Origin: Chitinophagales bacterium
Lineage (GTDB): Bacteria > Bacteroidota > Bacteroidia > Chitinophagales > UBA10324
Reading direction: 5' to 3'
Assembly: GCA_013816805.1 (NCBI GenBank)
Contig: JACDDS010000019.1
Coordinates: forward strand, 11,546-75,545
DNA length: 64,000 nt
In this document: positions 11,381 through 22,083 of the stretch, one piece after another
How positions within the stretch are numbered: position 1 is the first letter of the stretch
Layout: the number at the start of each line of letters is the position of its first letter
The notes under the pieces: model-generated
What the model saw: only the letters and a program-made list of their open reading frames with translations
What the model was told of the DNA's origin: nothing
Database searches by the model: none
Made by a program: the position numbers and the translations under genes

Positions 11381-11908
11381 TTAAAGAACAATATATCTCT
11401 TCAACTCAGAAAAAAAATTTTCAAAGTTACCACTATCCCGGTGAAGGATAAGGTTGTTTTTTTTCTCCCGGAATAATAATATGAAATAGTGATTGTCTTC
11501 AAAGTCACTGCTTCTGTATCCAAGAATTTCATTCCATAAAAAGATTTTTTGATCGGAAGAAAATGAATTTCTTTTAACACGTTCCACAATCAAATTGTTG
11601 TTTGAAAATGTGAACCGGAATTGTTTGATAAAAGAACGATAAATCATTATTGCGCCGGCTATTGATGGAAAAAATAATAGAAAGATCCAGGGTACCACAA
11701 GTATAATAGATTTACTTACTGATTGATTGATGTTATGAAGAAAGGGTTTTATACAGTATAAGACAGTTGCATTAACCGCCACCAGCAACAGCAGGTCAAT
11801 TGCGAACCAATAGTACGCACTGGGTTTATGGGCCCGGAATTCAAATACCATATCTTGCAAAATATGTATTATAAATGTAGAGATGATGCAATGGAAGATA
11901 GAAATCAC
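11381..11908 (-). CDS. hypothetical membrane protein
   Basis: 175 aa with three predicted TM segments and a soluble C-terminal domain. It overlaps the upstream ORF by 4 nt (coupled). Confidence 0.5.
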   Translation of the reverse strand: MISIFHCIISTFIIHILQDMVFEFRAHKPSAYYWFAIDLLLLVAVNATVLYCIKPFLHNINQSVSKSIILVVPWIFLLFFPSIAGAIMIYRSFIKQFRFTFSNNNLIVERVKRNSFSSDQKIFLWNEILGYRSSDFEDNHYFILLFREKKNNLILHRDSGNFENFFSELKRYIVL

Positions 11909-12267
11909 AAATCAGGCTGGATAGAGAAGGGCTTTGATCTATCTGTATTTCGTGCTGAGTCTATAATATGCTCAATTTTTTCCCGCATTTTTTTACGATT
12001 AAAAGTAACCGCGTTCACGGTATCGTTAATAATCATGATTGATTGATTTTCTCCGTACAGCCATTCCTCCATATGGGCTTGATTTCCCAGGGTATCCTGC
12101 ATATTTCCAAGATCAATTTTTTCATCAGGAGATCCCATTATACTTGTTACCTGGTTGGATCGCATACCGGTTTTAACCTGATGAAGCTTAGTTTCTATCG
12201 GGTTCGTAGTAAAGTGGCAGGCTATTAAAGTAAACATCCAGCTGATGTTTAAGCAGTATTTTTTCAT
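11905..12267 (-). CDS. hypothetical lipoprotein
   Basis: MKKYCLNISWMFTLIAC looks like a lipobox signal peptide. I moved the start to the internal ATG at 12267. Confidence 0.45.
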   Translation of the reverse strand: MKKYCLNISWMFTLIACHFTTNPIETKLHQVKTGMRSNQVTSIMGSPDEKIDLGNMQDTLGNQAHMEEWLYGENQSIMIINDTVNAVTFNRKKMREKIEHIIDSARNTDRSKPFSIQPDL

Positions 12268-12533
12268 AGGCGGTTTATAATACTCAATCAAATTAATTCT
12301 AAGCATAAAGAATTTGATTATATCAATACAATAGAATCAAAATTAATAACGGAAACCTTAGGTGTTTGATCAATTTTTTTAAATAATAAAAAAGATATGG
12401 TGGCGAAAAATATTGAAAAGGATTCCGGTTGATTTAATACTGTTACTGCTTGTTCGCTGCCTACAGCTATGGTCGAATTACTTTCCACTTTTTGAATAAT
12501 TCTTCTATTTTTACCCGAATCCAAATTTTAACC

Positions 12534-14195
12534 ATGGAAAATACACCTGTTAGAAGAGGTCATCCCAGAGGATTGTATGTGCTGTTTTTTACAGAAATGT
12601 GGGAGCGTTTTGGTTACTATCTAATGGTGGGTATATTCCTGCTGTATCTTACTGACACTTTATCAAACGGAGGCAGAGGATTTGATAACCACACCGCAAT
12701 AGATATTGTCGGTTCGTATGTGGCGCTGGTTTACCTTTCTCCGTTTATAGGAGGTATGATCGCCGACCGGTTCATTGGTTACATCCGTGCAATTTTTATA
12801 GGTGGCACTTTAATGGCTGCCGGTTACTTTGGTTTATCGATACCAGGAACTAATACGCTGATGTATTTATCCCTGCTTTGTATTATAGTAGGAAATGGGT
12901 TTTTTAAACCAAACATAAGCACACTGCTGGGTATTATATACAACAAAGAGGATCTGAAGCCGAAGAAGGATTCTGCTTATATGATATTTTATATGGGAAT
13001 AAACATAGGTGCTTTTGTTTGCAACTTTGTCGCCTCTTACCTGCGCAATACCTATGGATGGGGATACGCTTTTGCCGGTGCAGGTGTAGGGATGCTGCTC
13101 GGGCTTATATGGTTTGCATCCGGGCTAAAACATGTTAAGCATGCTAACATCAGAAAGCCGGTCCAAAAGGAGGATATGCCTTTCAGCAAGATCATGCTGT
13201 ATGTGTTTGTTCCGGCGCTGGTTGCAGGTGCTATCGGATGGATGATACCCGGAACCCTTTTTGGCAGCGATTCGTCTGATGCTTTTATGGCAGCTACCAT
13301 TCCCATAATTATTTTTTATTTTCTTCTCTGGAGGCGTGGTTCCCCCGAAGACCGTAAAAGTATTGCGGCTTTGCTGGTGATTTTTGGGGTGTCCATTGTT
13401 TTCTGGGTTATTTATAATCAAAATTCTACATCACAGACATTGTGGGCTCAAACATATACAAATCGCTCTATTCCTTCATATGCCGAAGGATTCACTAAAG
13501 CGCTGGGTATGCAGCAAACCGTAAATGCAAACGGCCATGATACAATTCCTATCATGGATCAGTACTTTCAGGCGCAGACAAATGAAGAGGGAAAAGTTAA
13601 AACGACAGTAGGAGTTGATCCTTATTTTCAAAATTTACCAAAAGATAAATGGCCGGCTGCCGGCACAAATCAGAAATTAATCTCTACGGAATTATTCCAA
13701 TCTATTAATCCGTTTTTCATAATCATCTTCACCCCGCTGATAGTTGCATTCTTTGCATGGCTGCATAGAAGAAGAAAGGAACCAACTACACCTGCAAAGA
13801 TTGGATGGGGAATTTTTATTTCCGGCCTGTCTGCATTGGTGATGGTTTTTGCTGCCTGGTCTGTCAACATTTATTCAGATAAAACAAATGCTTCGTGGCT
13901 TATTATGAGCTATGCTGTATTTACGGTGGGTGAATTGTGCCTAAGCCCGATTGGCTTGTCTCTGGTTTCAAAAATCGCCCCGCCACGGTTGACCGCGCTC
14001 ATGATGGGAGGATGGTTCTTATCCACAGCTATCGGAGGTAAACTTGCCGGCACGCTAGCAAGCTCCTGGGATGTATTTATTGGTAAGCAGTGGTTTTTTA
14101 TGATTTTGTTTATTGCTGCAGCAGTAGCTGCTCTTGCCGTTTGGTACATGGTAAAATGGTTAAATAGTATTGTACACGAACAAACAGGAGAATAA
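12534..14195 (+). CDS. proton-dependent oligopeptide transporter (POT/PTR2 family)
   Basis: PTR2 signature-like FTEMWERFGYYLM and GGMIADRFIGY, with 12-14 TM segments. I trimmed the start to the ATG at 12534 (MENTPVRRGHP), because the upstream extension in the track looks non-coding. Confidence 0.9.
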   Translation: MENTPVRRGHPRGLYVLFFTEMWERFGYYLMVGIFLLYLTDTLSNGGRGFDNHTAIDIVGSYVALVYLSPFIGGMIADRFIGYIRAIFIGGTLMAAGYFGLSIPGTNTLMYLSLLCIIVGNGFFKPNISTLLGIIYNKEDLKPKKDSAYMIFYMGINIGAFVCNFVASYLRNTYGWGYAFAGAGVGMLLGLIWFASGLKHVKHANIRKPVQKEDMPFSKIMLYVFVPALVAGAIGWMIPGTLFGSDSSDAFMAATIPIIIFYFLLWRRGSPEDRKSIAALLVIFGVSIVFWVIYNQNSTSQTLWAQTYTNRSIPSYAEGFTKALGMQQTVNANGHDTIPIMDQYFQAQTNEEGKVKTTVGVDPYFQNLPKDKWPAAGTNQKLISTELFQSINPFFIIIFTPLIVAFFAWLHRRRKEPTTPAKIGWGIFISGLSALVMVFAAWSVNIYSDKTNASWLIMSYAVFTVGELCLSPIGLSLVSKIAPPRLTALMMGGWFLSTAIGGKLAGTLASSWDVFIGKQWFFMILFIAAAVAALAVWYMVKWLNSIVHEQTGE

Positions 14196-14232
14196 GGACA
14201 CGACAGAGATCGGGAATTATTTGTTCCAGCAA

Positions 14233-17200
14233 TTACTTTACCTGTACTCTAATGCCCTCTGAATGCGATGAATACTCTGGTGCATACATACATTCAATGG
14301 AAGTGATGCCGTTAGAGAAATCTCCTTTTGACTGAACGCGTAAAGGATATTCAAAAACATACGTTCCTTTGGGCAGATAGTCAAAGAAAAAATTGGTGCT
14401 GGCATCTTTAGTCTCTTCATAATATCCTAACCCATCCTGCCATTTATATCCGCTTAAAATGTTCAGTGGTTCCAGACATGCTGCACGCGTATCTTTGATA
14501 TGAATATACTCCATGTTGCGGTCCGAAGTAACCTCCATACGGACCCTTATAATATCGCCGGGTTTTAAAGCAGATTGCTCAGTAAGAAGCACCATTACAG
14601 GACCATGAGGGCTTTCACGCTGAGCAAATAATTTCTTTTGCAGGTGAAGCGGATTTTCAGCGTAAGTAATTTTATCTGCATTTTCAAAATACTGGTAATA
14701 GGCTGCTCCCCATGTAATCTCAGTTCCGTTATTGCCGGTTGGAACATCGTGTCTCGTGATTTTAATATTGCCCATTTCAGGTTTCACCTCGATACCGTTC
14801 CATGTTGTTTTAAAATAACCGGTTCCGGACTCCTTTGAAATTTTGGAAAGGTTTAATACCTGGCTGCCCACGGAAATATCTAATTCAGGTTCATCAAGGG
14901 TTAATGAGCTGCTTTTTAATAATAAGGCATAGATGGCATCGGCTGTTGCTTTTGATGTTTTCCAATCCTGGGTTTGCTTTTGCTTCAGCAACCAAAGCTT
15001 GATATCATTTATTGCTTTCTGATCACCTGTAATTTCATCAAACGCCTCAATAAGTAAAGCTTGTGTCTCAATAGGCGCTTCGTACCAAAAATACCCACCA
15101 CTGTTATTTTTCCAGTACATGCCTGTTTCTTCATTCGTGATGGCATTCTCCTTTAATGATTCAATAATGCTTACAGAGACTTTATGTTCACCATACCTTT
15201 CTAGTGCAAGCGCAATCATACCCTGGAAATAAATATTTTGTTTTAACCAATATTTTTTAGCCTGTGAGAAATAGTAATTGAAAGCTTCCTGAGCTTCTGG
15301 TTTAATTGATGCGTTCTTAAAAAAGCTTCTTGCATACAGATACTGGATTGCGTAGTCACTTAGATGGTTCTCCTCTCCCAAAGTTTTATTTTTCTTCTCA
15401 TGCCCGTACTCATCTTTTATCCTATCATCCATGTAAATAAGTGCACGCTTTATCATTTCTTCCTCACCCGGTAATTTGTTTATTCCCAGATGATGCAAAT
15501 GCCCAAAGCCTGTAAGTATGTATTGGGTAATAAAGCGATTATCGGGCATACCGGGAAACCAGCTCCATCCGCCATTTGAACCTTGAGCCTGTTTAAGCTT
15601 TTCAATAGAAGCTGTGCGATCATACGATATTCGATTTACATCGAAGAGCAATCCAATTCTTTTTTTTCGTTCCGTTTCATCCACTGCTTCTTTTATCCAG
15701 GGAGTTTCCTGAAGCATTAAAGAATTCAATTCCGGATCTTTTTCAAGATTTGAAATAAAAGAATTAGGAGTACTATTTTTCCACTGATCGAAAATGTTTT
15801 TAATCTGCGGATTCGAGTTTGCAAGGTATGACGCAAGCGTATTGGAGTAGAACCTGTTAAAAATTTGATCAGCGGATTGATAAGAATTTTCAAGCATGAA
15901 GGGAAGTGCCTGTAATGCATACCAGGTTGGATTCGAAGTAACTTCCAGTTTAAGACTATAATTTTTAAGCGTATTTGATGATGATAATTGCATTAGTTTA
16001 TTTATTGAAATACTTTTTTCATCCGAACCGCGAAGCGTAAATGGAAAAGTTTCAGTTACCAGTACCTGGTTAGCAATTACAGGCAGTATGTTTTCTTCTC
16101 CATCAGATTGGTTACCTGCAGTAGCAATCACTTTATAATCTACGGCAGCTATGCCTTCCGGAACGGTAATACGCCAGGAAAGCGCATTACTCTGATTTCT
16201 TTTTATAAAAAATGACTGCTTATTTTTATCATTTAAAAATAAGTCATCCACCGGCTTCATTGACGCAGCATTGAAAAGCTGCAGGATGCTTTCACCGGAT
16301 ATATCATGGTCCGAAAGGTTTGTGACTTTAGCACTAAAAAATAGGGTGTCACCAATTCTTAAGAACCTCGGAGCATTTGGGGTAATCATCAGGTCTTTTT
16401 GTGTTATTGTTTCGCCGGTTACCATACCATATTTCAAATCCTTAGTATGTGCAAATCCCAGGAATTTCCAGCGTGTTAATGCTTCAGGCGCTGTGAATTT
16501 GATGATCACTGCACCGGCAGAATCGGTTTGTAGCTGTGGATAAAAAAAAGCAGTTTCCTGGAGGTTTTTTCTAATAGAAGTTAAGTCTTGCTGCAGTTTT
16601 TTACTATCTGTAAGGTTGTCTTCTGTTGGTTCATTTTTTTCCTCCATTTCGTCCTTTTGCAATGCAATATCCGAGGCTTGCGATTGATCAGCATCAGTTC
16701 TTCTTGTTTGCAAAGGCTCATACATCCTTCTTCCTACTGTATTAAACCCAAACCAGTTAAGCTGATCATATTCCGCAAAAAATCCTGCCACAACAGTGTT
16801 CATGCCGGGGTTGTAAAAGATTGACGTTGCACTGTTAAAGCAGCTGCCGGCAATCCATGAGTTGGCTGGATAAAAATTATTTTTATATAAATCAAAATCC
16901 CACTGATGCGGCTTTAATGCATCGAGCGAGGCATCGTACAATGATGCTACCATTTCTGCTGCTGAGACTTCACCTTTTAAACCTGTAATTTTAATTTTCC
17001 ACTCTTCCTTTTCACCCGGCAATAATTTGTTTCTGAACGTTTGAAATTCCAGTTCTAATTTTCGGTCATCCGAGGCAACCATCACATTTCGGGTAAATGA
17101 ATAAGCCCGGCCATGCTGGATCGTTATCAGGCTTATAGTTAAGCCACCGCGATACTTTTCTGAAACTGGAATCAGGATTTCTTTTTTCCCTTCCGTTAAT

Positions 17201-20200
17201 GAGATTATTTTGTTTTCTACGAAATTGTTTCCTGATTGAATTTCATAAATTACATTCAATGCATCCTCTTTTGTTCCAACTTCTATGCGGACTAAATCTC
17301 CCTGCTCATAAATGGGAAGAAGATCTGTTATCCATAGGGTTTCTGATAAGGGAATCTGATTTTCCCCAGGTGAATAAAGGGTAAAATATTTCACCACTTT
17401 TATATCTTCACCAAAGGCATCCTGTGTTACCATTTCCAACACATATTTCCCTTGTGGCAATAGAGAGAAGTTTGTAGCAGAAAACATGGAATCTTTTGCG
17501 GTATCAAAACTTTGATCGAGTACCTTCAGCTTTCTTTGCCAGGTAGTATAATCGTCTTCATTATCATATGGATCGTTTGGAAAATCTGTAATAAACTCTC
17601 TTTGGGTCATTACAAACTGGTCAGGTCTTGACCATAAGCGTTTGCGGAAAATTCTATCTGGTTGCTGCAAAGAATACAAGCGGATAGTTCCTTTTGCTGA
17701 CTGAAAGATTCCGTTTAAATTTTTTGTGGAGATTTTAAATTTGTATAAAGTATCCCTGGAAATAATTTCCGGAATATCAATATCTGCGTTCAAAGCAATA
17801 TAGCCAACTGATACATTTGCTTCTGCACTGTGTGTTTCACCGTTAAGGTCAATTACGTCAGCCATCACAATAAAATTAAACTGCGGGTTCTCCTTTTTTG
17901 GGATTTTGAGATCGGGTATGGCCGTAAAAGAAATTTCAAATTGGCCCTCTTCATTAGCTAGTACATGTCCATTACCGATTTCCATTGCCTGTGTGAAGCG
18001 GGGTTGATAATATTTTTTTTGTCCATAGAAAACAGGAAATTTTGCCTGTCGTACTACTCTATAAATCACTTCTGCTCCGGCTAAATTTGATTCGCTATAG
18101 GATCTTGCCTGACCCGTTATATGTACCTCCTGGTTAAGGCGAAAATTTCCTTTCAGGCTGTCGAAGGTTACTTCAAAATGAGGACGTTTATATTCTTCTA
18201 TTGACAGTGAAACAGCTCCATAGCTATCCTTAATTATCATCTCTCCGTTTAGCATATTCAAGGGTGCTGTAAACGACCCACTGAAACTTCCATATTCATT
18301 AGTCATCAGATCTACAGATGCTATTCTTTGATCATTTACATCGTAAAGCTCAACCGTACTTTTAAAATGAACCATCAACTCATTCTTTTCGCCTTCGGTT
18401 TGGAGTATAATGCCTTTAAAATAGATCGTTTGACCCGGGCGGTAAATGGAACGGTCTGTAAAAAAAACAGTATGTATTGTCCTGGTGTTTTGTTGCTCTG
18501 CAACCAGATATAAATAAAGAAAATCGGATGTGGTAAGTGTATCCTTTCCTGAATTAAATTCCACTTTAAAATTCATATTGGCGGCCTTTGGGGCAACTTC
18601 AATGAATCCATTATTGTCACCGACGTAGTTCTGTTCTTCTTTTAAATCATACTCACGGGTGTTGTAATTGTATTGTTGCGTAAAAATGCGCGCTTTTGGA
18701 TTTTTAATCAGGTTGCCTGTTTCCCGGTTAAAGACATAAAATTGATATTTATTCGAGGCTCTTTTATTTACATAACCTAGATTGGAAACTGAAGTAAATA
18801 CTCGCAACAAACCATTTTTTTTTGCAGAAAAGCTTTCGTCTGTACTTCCTATGATAATGAAGTCGCCTAAAGGCAGAGCGGGAATTTTTATTTCAGTGCT
18901 GTGCTGCTGGTAGTCATCCAAATCATTTACCGCCTGAGACCAGCTTTGTAATACCGGTTCATGAACATATTGTGCAAACGTTTTTTCTAAATCACCGGCA
19001 TTTCTCTTGTTAAGTGCATCTGTATTCCTGATAATTCTGAAGAAGACTTGCTTTACATTTTGATATTGCAGCAATCCCCGAAAGGGACGATCCGGAATAT
19101 TTACCTGCTCTGTAGTTAGATTAATATTCTGTAAAATAATCGATTCGCGAAGCGCCTCACAATTTTTTGCTGCATTGGTTTTCGGGAACTTTTTTAATAC
19201 AATGTCACAATAATTTAGTGCAGTTTTTTTATCCCACTGGTGCTCCGCAATAAGTGGAGGTTGATAATCACTACTGCGGTTGTAATAAAACTGTGCAATG
19301 GCCAGCGAGACTGATGCGGAAGCAGAATCTTCGGTAAATTGAAATTCGAGCTTCTTTAAAGCCTCTAGATACAGACTATCCTTTGATTCATTTACACTGT
19401 TATTGCGCAAAAAATCAAATCGTTTCAATTCAATGTCCACTAAGGCATCAGGAGTTTTGACATTTAAATGGCTTGTAATAAGGTCTTGCAGAATTAAAAG
19501 AGCAAGATACTTTCCGGATGAAGTATCGGTCGTTTCGAATTTTTGGCCGGTAAAACTTTTGGCCTGTTCAAATAACTTTTCACTCGTAATATCGAATTTA
19601 TTTGCAGGTTGTGTGAGATACGCTTCATCATTCATAAAAAAATCCAGCGCACGATTGGCTAAAAAATCATACAACGAGGGTCGGAACAGATCTCCGGTAT
19701 TACCTTTTACCAGAATGGCTGCAAAGTCTCCAATAGGTAACTCCTTTAATGAATCTTGATTTTCAATAGACTCTTTATATAACTCAGTAACACGTTGCGT
19801 GATCTTTATTACATCCCACGTGGAAGGATCTTCTTTATTGAAGTCAGGAGTTTCCGTGCGCTGAGAAAATTGCCAGCGGTTTTGCTGGTAATAGCTCCAA
19901 TACAATTCTGCCGCACACGATTGTAATATCTGTTTAGTGGGAAAAGTGCTGAGCTTAATTTCATTTTCAAAATCAAGCAAGGTTTTTTCATAACCTCCCT
20001 CCTGTAAAACTTGTTTGTACTTGACTTTATAAATAAGCGACTTAACTATTTGAGGTGTGTTATTCAATTTTTTAGCGAGGGCATAAATTGCATCCGCTTT
20101 TTGCAGGGAGGATTTGGTTAGTCCCTGTGCTTCCAAAGCATCAACTTCTTTCCATTGTTTTTCATACAATTCATAATGGGAAGTGGGCATGTTCAATGGG

Positions 20201-20295
20201 TTTTTCTGAAAGGCAAACAGGCAGCTTAATACAATGATGGTTGGAAAAAGTACAACGAATAAGGAACCTGCATACAAAAATCTATCTGACATCAT
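14233..20295 (-). CDS. alpha-2-macroglobulin family protein (large, thioester-less)
   Basis: 2020 aa. Repeated MG-type beta-sandwich regions, an A2M core (ETAFFYPQLQTDSAGAVIIKFTAPEALTRWKF), an alpha/alpha TED-like region and a C-terminal receptor-binding-like domain. The N-terminus has a hydrophobic signal with Cys25 (IIVLSC), so it may be a lipoprotein. Confidence 0.9.
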   Translation of the reverse strand: MMSDRFLYAGSLFVVLFPTIIVLSCLFAFQKNPLNMPTSHYELYEKQWKEVDALEAQGLTKSSLQKADAIYALAKKLNNTPQIVKSLIYKVKYKQVLQEGGYEKTLLDFENEIKLSTFPTKQILQSCAAELYWSYYQQNRWQFSQRTETPDFNKEDPSTWDVIKITQRVTELYKESIENQDSLKELPIGDFAAILVKGNTGDLFRPSLYDFLANRALDFFMNDEAYLTQPANKFDITSEKLFEQAKSFTGQKFETTDTSSGKYLALLILQDLITSHLNVKTPDALVDIELKRFDFLRNNSVNESKDSLYLEALKKLEFQFTEDSASASVSLAIAQFYYNRSSDYQPPLIAEHQWDKKTALNYCDIVLKKFPKTNAAKNCEALRESIILQNINLTTEQVNIPDRPFRGLLQYQNVKQVFFRIIRNTDALNKRNAGDLEKTFAQYVHEPVLQSWSQAVNDLDDYQQHSTEIKIPALPLGDFIIIGSTDESFSAKKNGLLRVFTSVSNLGYVNKRASNKYQFYVFNRETGNLIKNPKARIFTQQYNYNTREYDLKEEQNYVGDNNGFIEVAPKAANMNFKVEFNSGKDTLTTSDFLYLYLVAEQQNTRTIHTVFFTDRSIYRPGQTIYFKGIILQTEGEKNELMVHFKSTVELYDVNDQRIASVDLMTNEYGSFSGSFTAPLNMLNGEMIIKDSYGAVSLSIEEYKRPHFEVTFDSLKGNFRLNQEVHITGQARSYSESNLAGAEVIYRVVRQAKFPVFYGQKKYYQPRFTQAMEIGNGHVLANEEGQFEISFTAIPDLKIPKKENPQFNFIVMADVIDLNGETHSAEANVSVGYIALNADIDIPEIISRDTLYKFKISTKNLNGIFQSAKGTIRLYSLQQPDRIFRKRLWSRPDQFVMTQREFITDFPNDPYDNEDDYTTWQRKLKVLDQSFDTAKDSMFSATNFSLLPQGKYVLEMVTQDAFGEDIKVVKYFTLYSPGENQIPLSETLWITDLLPIYEQGDLVRIEVGTKEDALNVIYEIQSGNNFVENKIISLTEGKKEILIPVSEKYRGGLTISLITIQHGRAYSFTRNVMVASDDRKLELEFQTFRNKLLPGEKEEWKIKITGLKGEVSAAEMVASLYDASLDALKPHQWDFDLYKNNFYPANSWIAGSCFNSATSIFYNPGMNTVVAGFFAEYDQLNWFGFNTVGRRMYEPLQTRRTDADQSQASDIALQKDEMEEKNEPTEDNLTDSKKLQQDLTSIRKNLQETAFFYPQLQTDSAGAVIIKFTAPEALTRWKFLGFAHTKDLKYGMVTGETITQKDLMITPNAPRFLRIGDTLFFSAKVTNLSDHDISGESILQLFNAASMKPVDDLFLNDKNKQSFFIKRNQSNALSWRITVPEGIAAVDYKVIATAGNQSDGEENILPVIANQVLVTETFPFTLRGSDEKSISINKLMQLSSSNTLKNYSLKLEVTSNPTWYALQALPFMLENSYQSADQIFNRFYSNTLASYLANSNPQIKNIFDQWKNSTPNSFISNLEKDPELNSLMLQETPWIKEAVDETERKKRIGLLFDVNRISYDRTASIEKLKQAQGSNGGWSWFPGMPDNRFITQYILTGFGHLHHLGINKLPGEEEMIKRALIYMDDRIKDEYGHEKKNKTLGEENHLSDYAIQYLYARSFFKNASIKPEAQEAFNYYFSQAKKYWLKQNIYFQGMIALALERYGEHKVSVSIIESLKENAITNEETGMYWKNNSGGYFWYEAPIETQALLIEAFDEITGDQKAINDIKLWLLKQKQTQDWKTSKATADAIYALLLKSSSLTLDEPELDISVGSQVLNLSKISKESGTGYFKTTWNGIEVKPEMGNIKITRHDVPTGNNGTEITWGAAYYQYFENADKITYAENPLHLQKKLFAQRESPHGPVMVLLTEQSALKPGDIIRVRMEVTSDRNMEYIHIKDTRAACLEPLNILSGYKWQDGLGYYEETKDASTNFFFDYLPKGTYVFEYPLRVQSKGDFSNGITSIECMYAPEYSSHSEGIRVQVK

Positions 20296-20382
20296 TCAGC
20301 AGAATTTATAGTATCCAGTATTCTCATAATAAAATAATTATAATGAAGATGCTATGAACAGGTGTTTTCCATACCATCACAC

Positions 20383-20883
20383 TTAGAAAATTTTCTGTAC
20401 TTTCTTTCGTACCAAAATTGCAAATTGTTCAAAGCTGCCTGCTTCAAAGTTTTCTCCAGGAAAAATATAAAATATCAAATCGGTAACATAAAGCAATACC
20501 ATGTTATTGGAAATAACTGCCTTGTTAATATCGCTCCATAACATTGTTCGTATTTGGTCCTGAATAGAAATTAATATTTCTGTATCATTAATATCAATTG
20601 AAAGCGGATCATAAAAATTTTTCAATTTTCGATATGCCCTTCTGCCCATCGTTTTATTGAGATACCAGTGAAGGCCAATTACGAAAATACCATAAACAAC
20701 CAAAGAAATGCTTATAATCTTGTTCCCTTCTTTTCCTAAAATCAGGAACAATAGCAATCCGGCCCAAATCAAAAATGCACCAAGGAACATAAGGATTCTG
20801 CCCTTTAGCGGGAACAGCTTTCTATAGTGAAGTTCATGAGCCAGCTGGAGATTTCTGGGAGTATATTGAAAATTTATTCTCAT
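20383..20883 (-). CDS. hypothetical membrane protein (YcxB-like layout)
   Basis: 166 aa with two central TM helices flanked by small soluble segments. Confidence 0.5.
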   Translation of the reverse strand: MRINFQYTPRNLQLAHELHYRKLFPLKGRILMFLGAFLIWAGLLLFLILGKEGNKIISISLVVYGIFVIGLHWYLNKTMGRRAYRKLKNFYDPLSIDINDTEILISIQDQIRTMLWSDINKAVISNNMVLLYVTDLIFYIFPGENFEAGSFEQFAILVRKKVQKIF

Positions 20884-21012
20884 GTGTTCTCTACATATTT
20901 CTTTAGAATTTTACAAATACGTAATAATGTAATCAACATAGATGTGGTCTCTTTAATCGTGGAGGCATTTTATCTGACGGGAAGCAATAGCTTTGCACAA
21001 TAAACTTTTTAA

Positions 21013-22056
21013 ATGGAATCAACGAGGCGGACTGAAATTAGCGAACTCGGCGAATTTGGATTGATACGTCACCTTACCAATAACATACGGCTGCAAAATA
21101 GTTCAAGCAAAATTGGTATTGGCGATGATGCTGCAGTAGTCCAGTATGATGCAAATAAGGCTACAGTTGTTACTACAGATTTGCTGGTGGAAGGAATTCA
21201 TTTTGATTTGACATATGTTCCATTGAAGCATTTAGGATATAAATCCATAATTGTAAATCTCTCGGATGTTTACGCTATGAATGCAACTCCTAAACAGGTT
21301 ACCGTTTCCGTAGCTGTATCGAACCGGTTTTCTGTAGAAGCACTTGATGAGCTATATGATGGAATTAATGCAGCTTGTAAAAAGTATGGTGTTGATTTGA
21401 TTGGAGGAGATACCACTTCGTCATTAAAAGGATTAATAATATCAGTTACAGCAATGGGAGAATGCATTGATGATGCAATGGTATTGCGAAGCACTGCAAA
21501 GGAAAATGATCTGCTGTGCGTGAGTGGTGATCTTGGCGGGGCATATGCAGGCTTGCAACTGCTGGAGAGAGAAAAAAAAATATACAGTGAAAATCCCGGC
21601 GTAAAGCCGGATTTTTCCAACCATACTTACATTGTGGGCAGACAATTAATGCCGGAAGCCCGAAGGGATATAGTGCAGCTTTTTAAGGAATTAGATATGA
21701 AACCCACCGCAATGATAGATATCTCAGATGGACTTTCTTCTGAAACACTGCATCTATGTAATGCTTCAAATGTAGGCTGCAGGATCTTTGAAGAGAAAAT
21801 TCCTATAGCCGATGAAACGTACAATATGGCATTAGAATTTAAGATGGATCCGGTCACCTGTGCGTTAAGCGGAGGAGAAGATTATGAATTGCTTTTTACG
21901 ATTTTTCCGGATGATTACGATAAAATTAAAAATAATCCCGACGTTTCTGTTATTGGGCATATCACTACAAAGGAAAAAGGTGCAGTCCTGATTACTAAGT
22001 CAAATAACGCCCATGCCCTAACGGCTCAGGGCTGGAATTCTTTTGCTTCAAATTAA
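21013..22056 (+). CDS. thiL: thiamine-monophosphate kinase
   Basis: AIR-synthase-related fold motifs IGDDAAV and LIGGDTTSS. 347 aa. Confidence 0.9.
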   Translation: MESTRRTEISELGEFGLIRHLTNNIRLQNSSSKIGIGDDAAVVQYDANKATVVTTDLLVEGIHFDLTYVPLKHLGYKSIIVNLSDVYAMNATPKQVTVSVAVSNRFSVEALDELYDGINAACKKYGVDLIGGDTTSSLKGLIISVTAMGECIDDAMVLRSTAKENDLLCVSGDLGGAYAGLQLLEREKKIYSENPGVKPDFSNHTYIVGRQLMPEARRDIVQLFKELDMKPTAMIDISDGLSSETLHLCNASNVGCRIFEEKIPIADETYNMALEFKMDPVTCALSGGEDYELLFTIFPDDYDKIKNNPDVSVIGHITTKEKGAVLITKSNNAHALTAQGWNSFASN

Positions 22057-22083
22057 AATGGAATTTAAGTAAACTACCTGAGA

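Noticed and set aside
12450-12533. The upstream extension of the POT transporter ORF (MFAAYSYGRITFHFLNNSSIFTRIQILT).
   Set aside because: The extension uses a non-ATG start, has no transporter-like features, and overlaps the minus-strand ORF region. The conserved N-terminus begins at the ATG at 12534.
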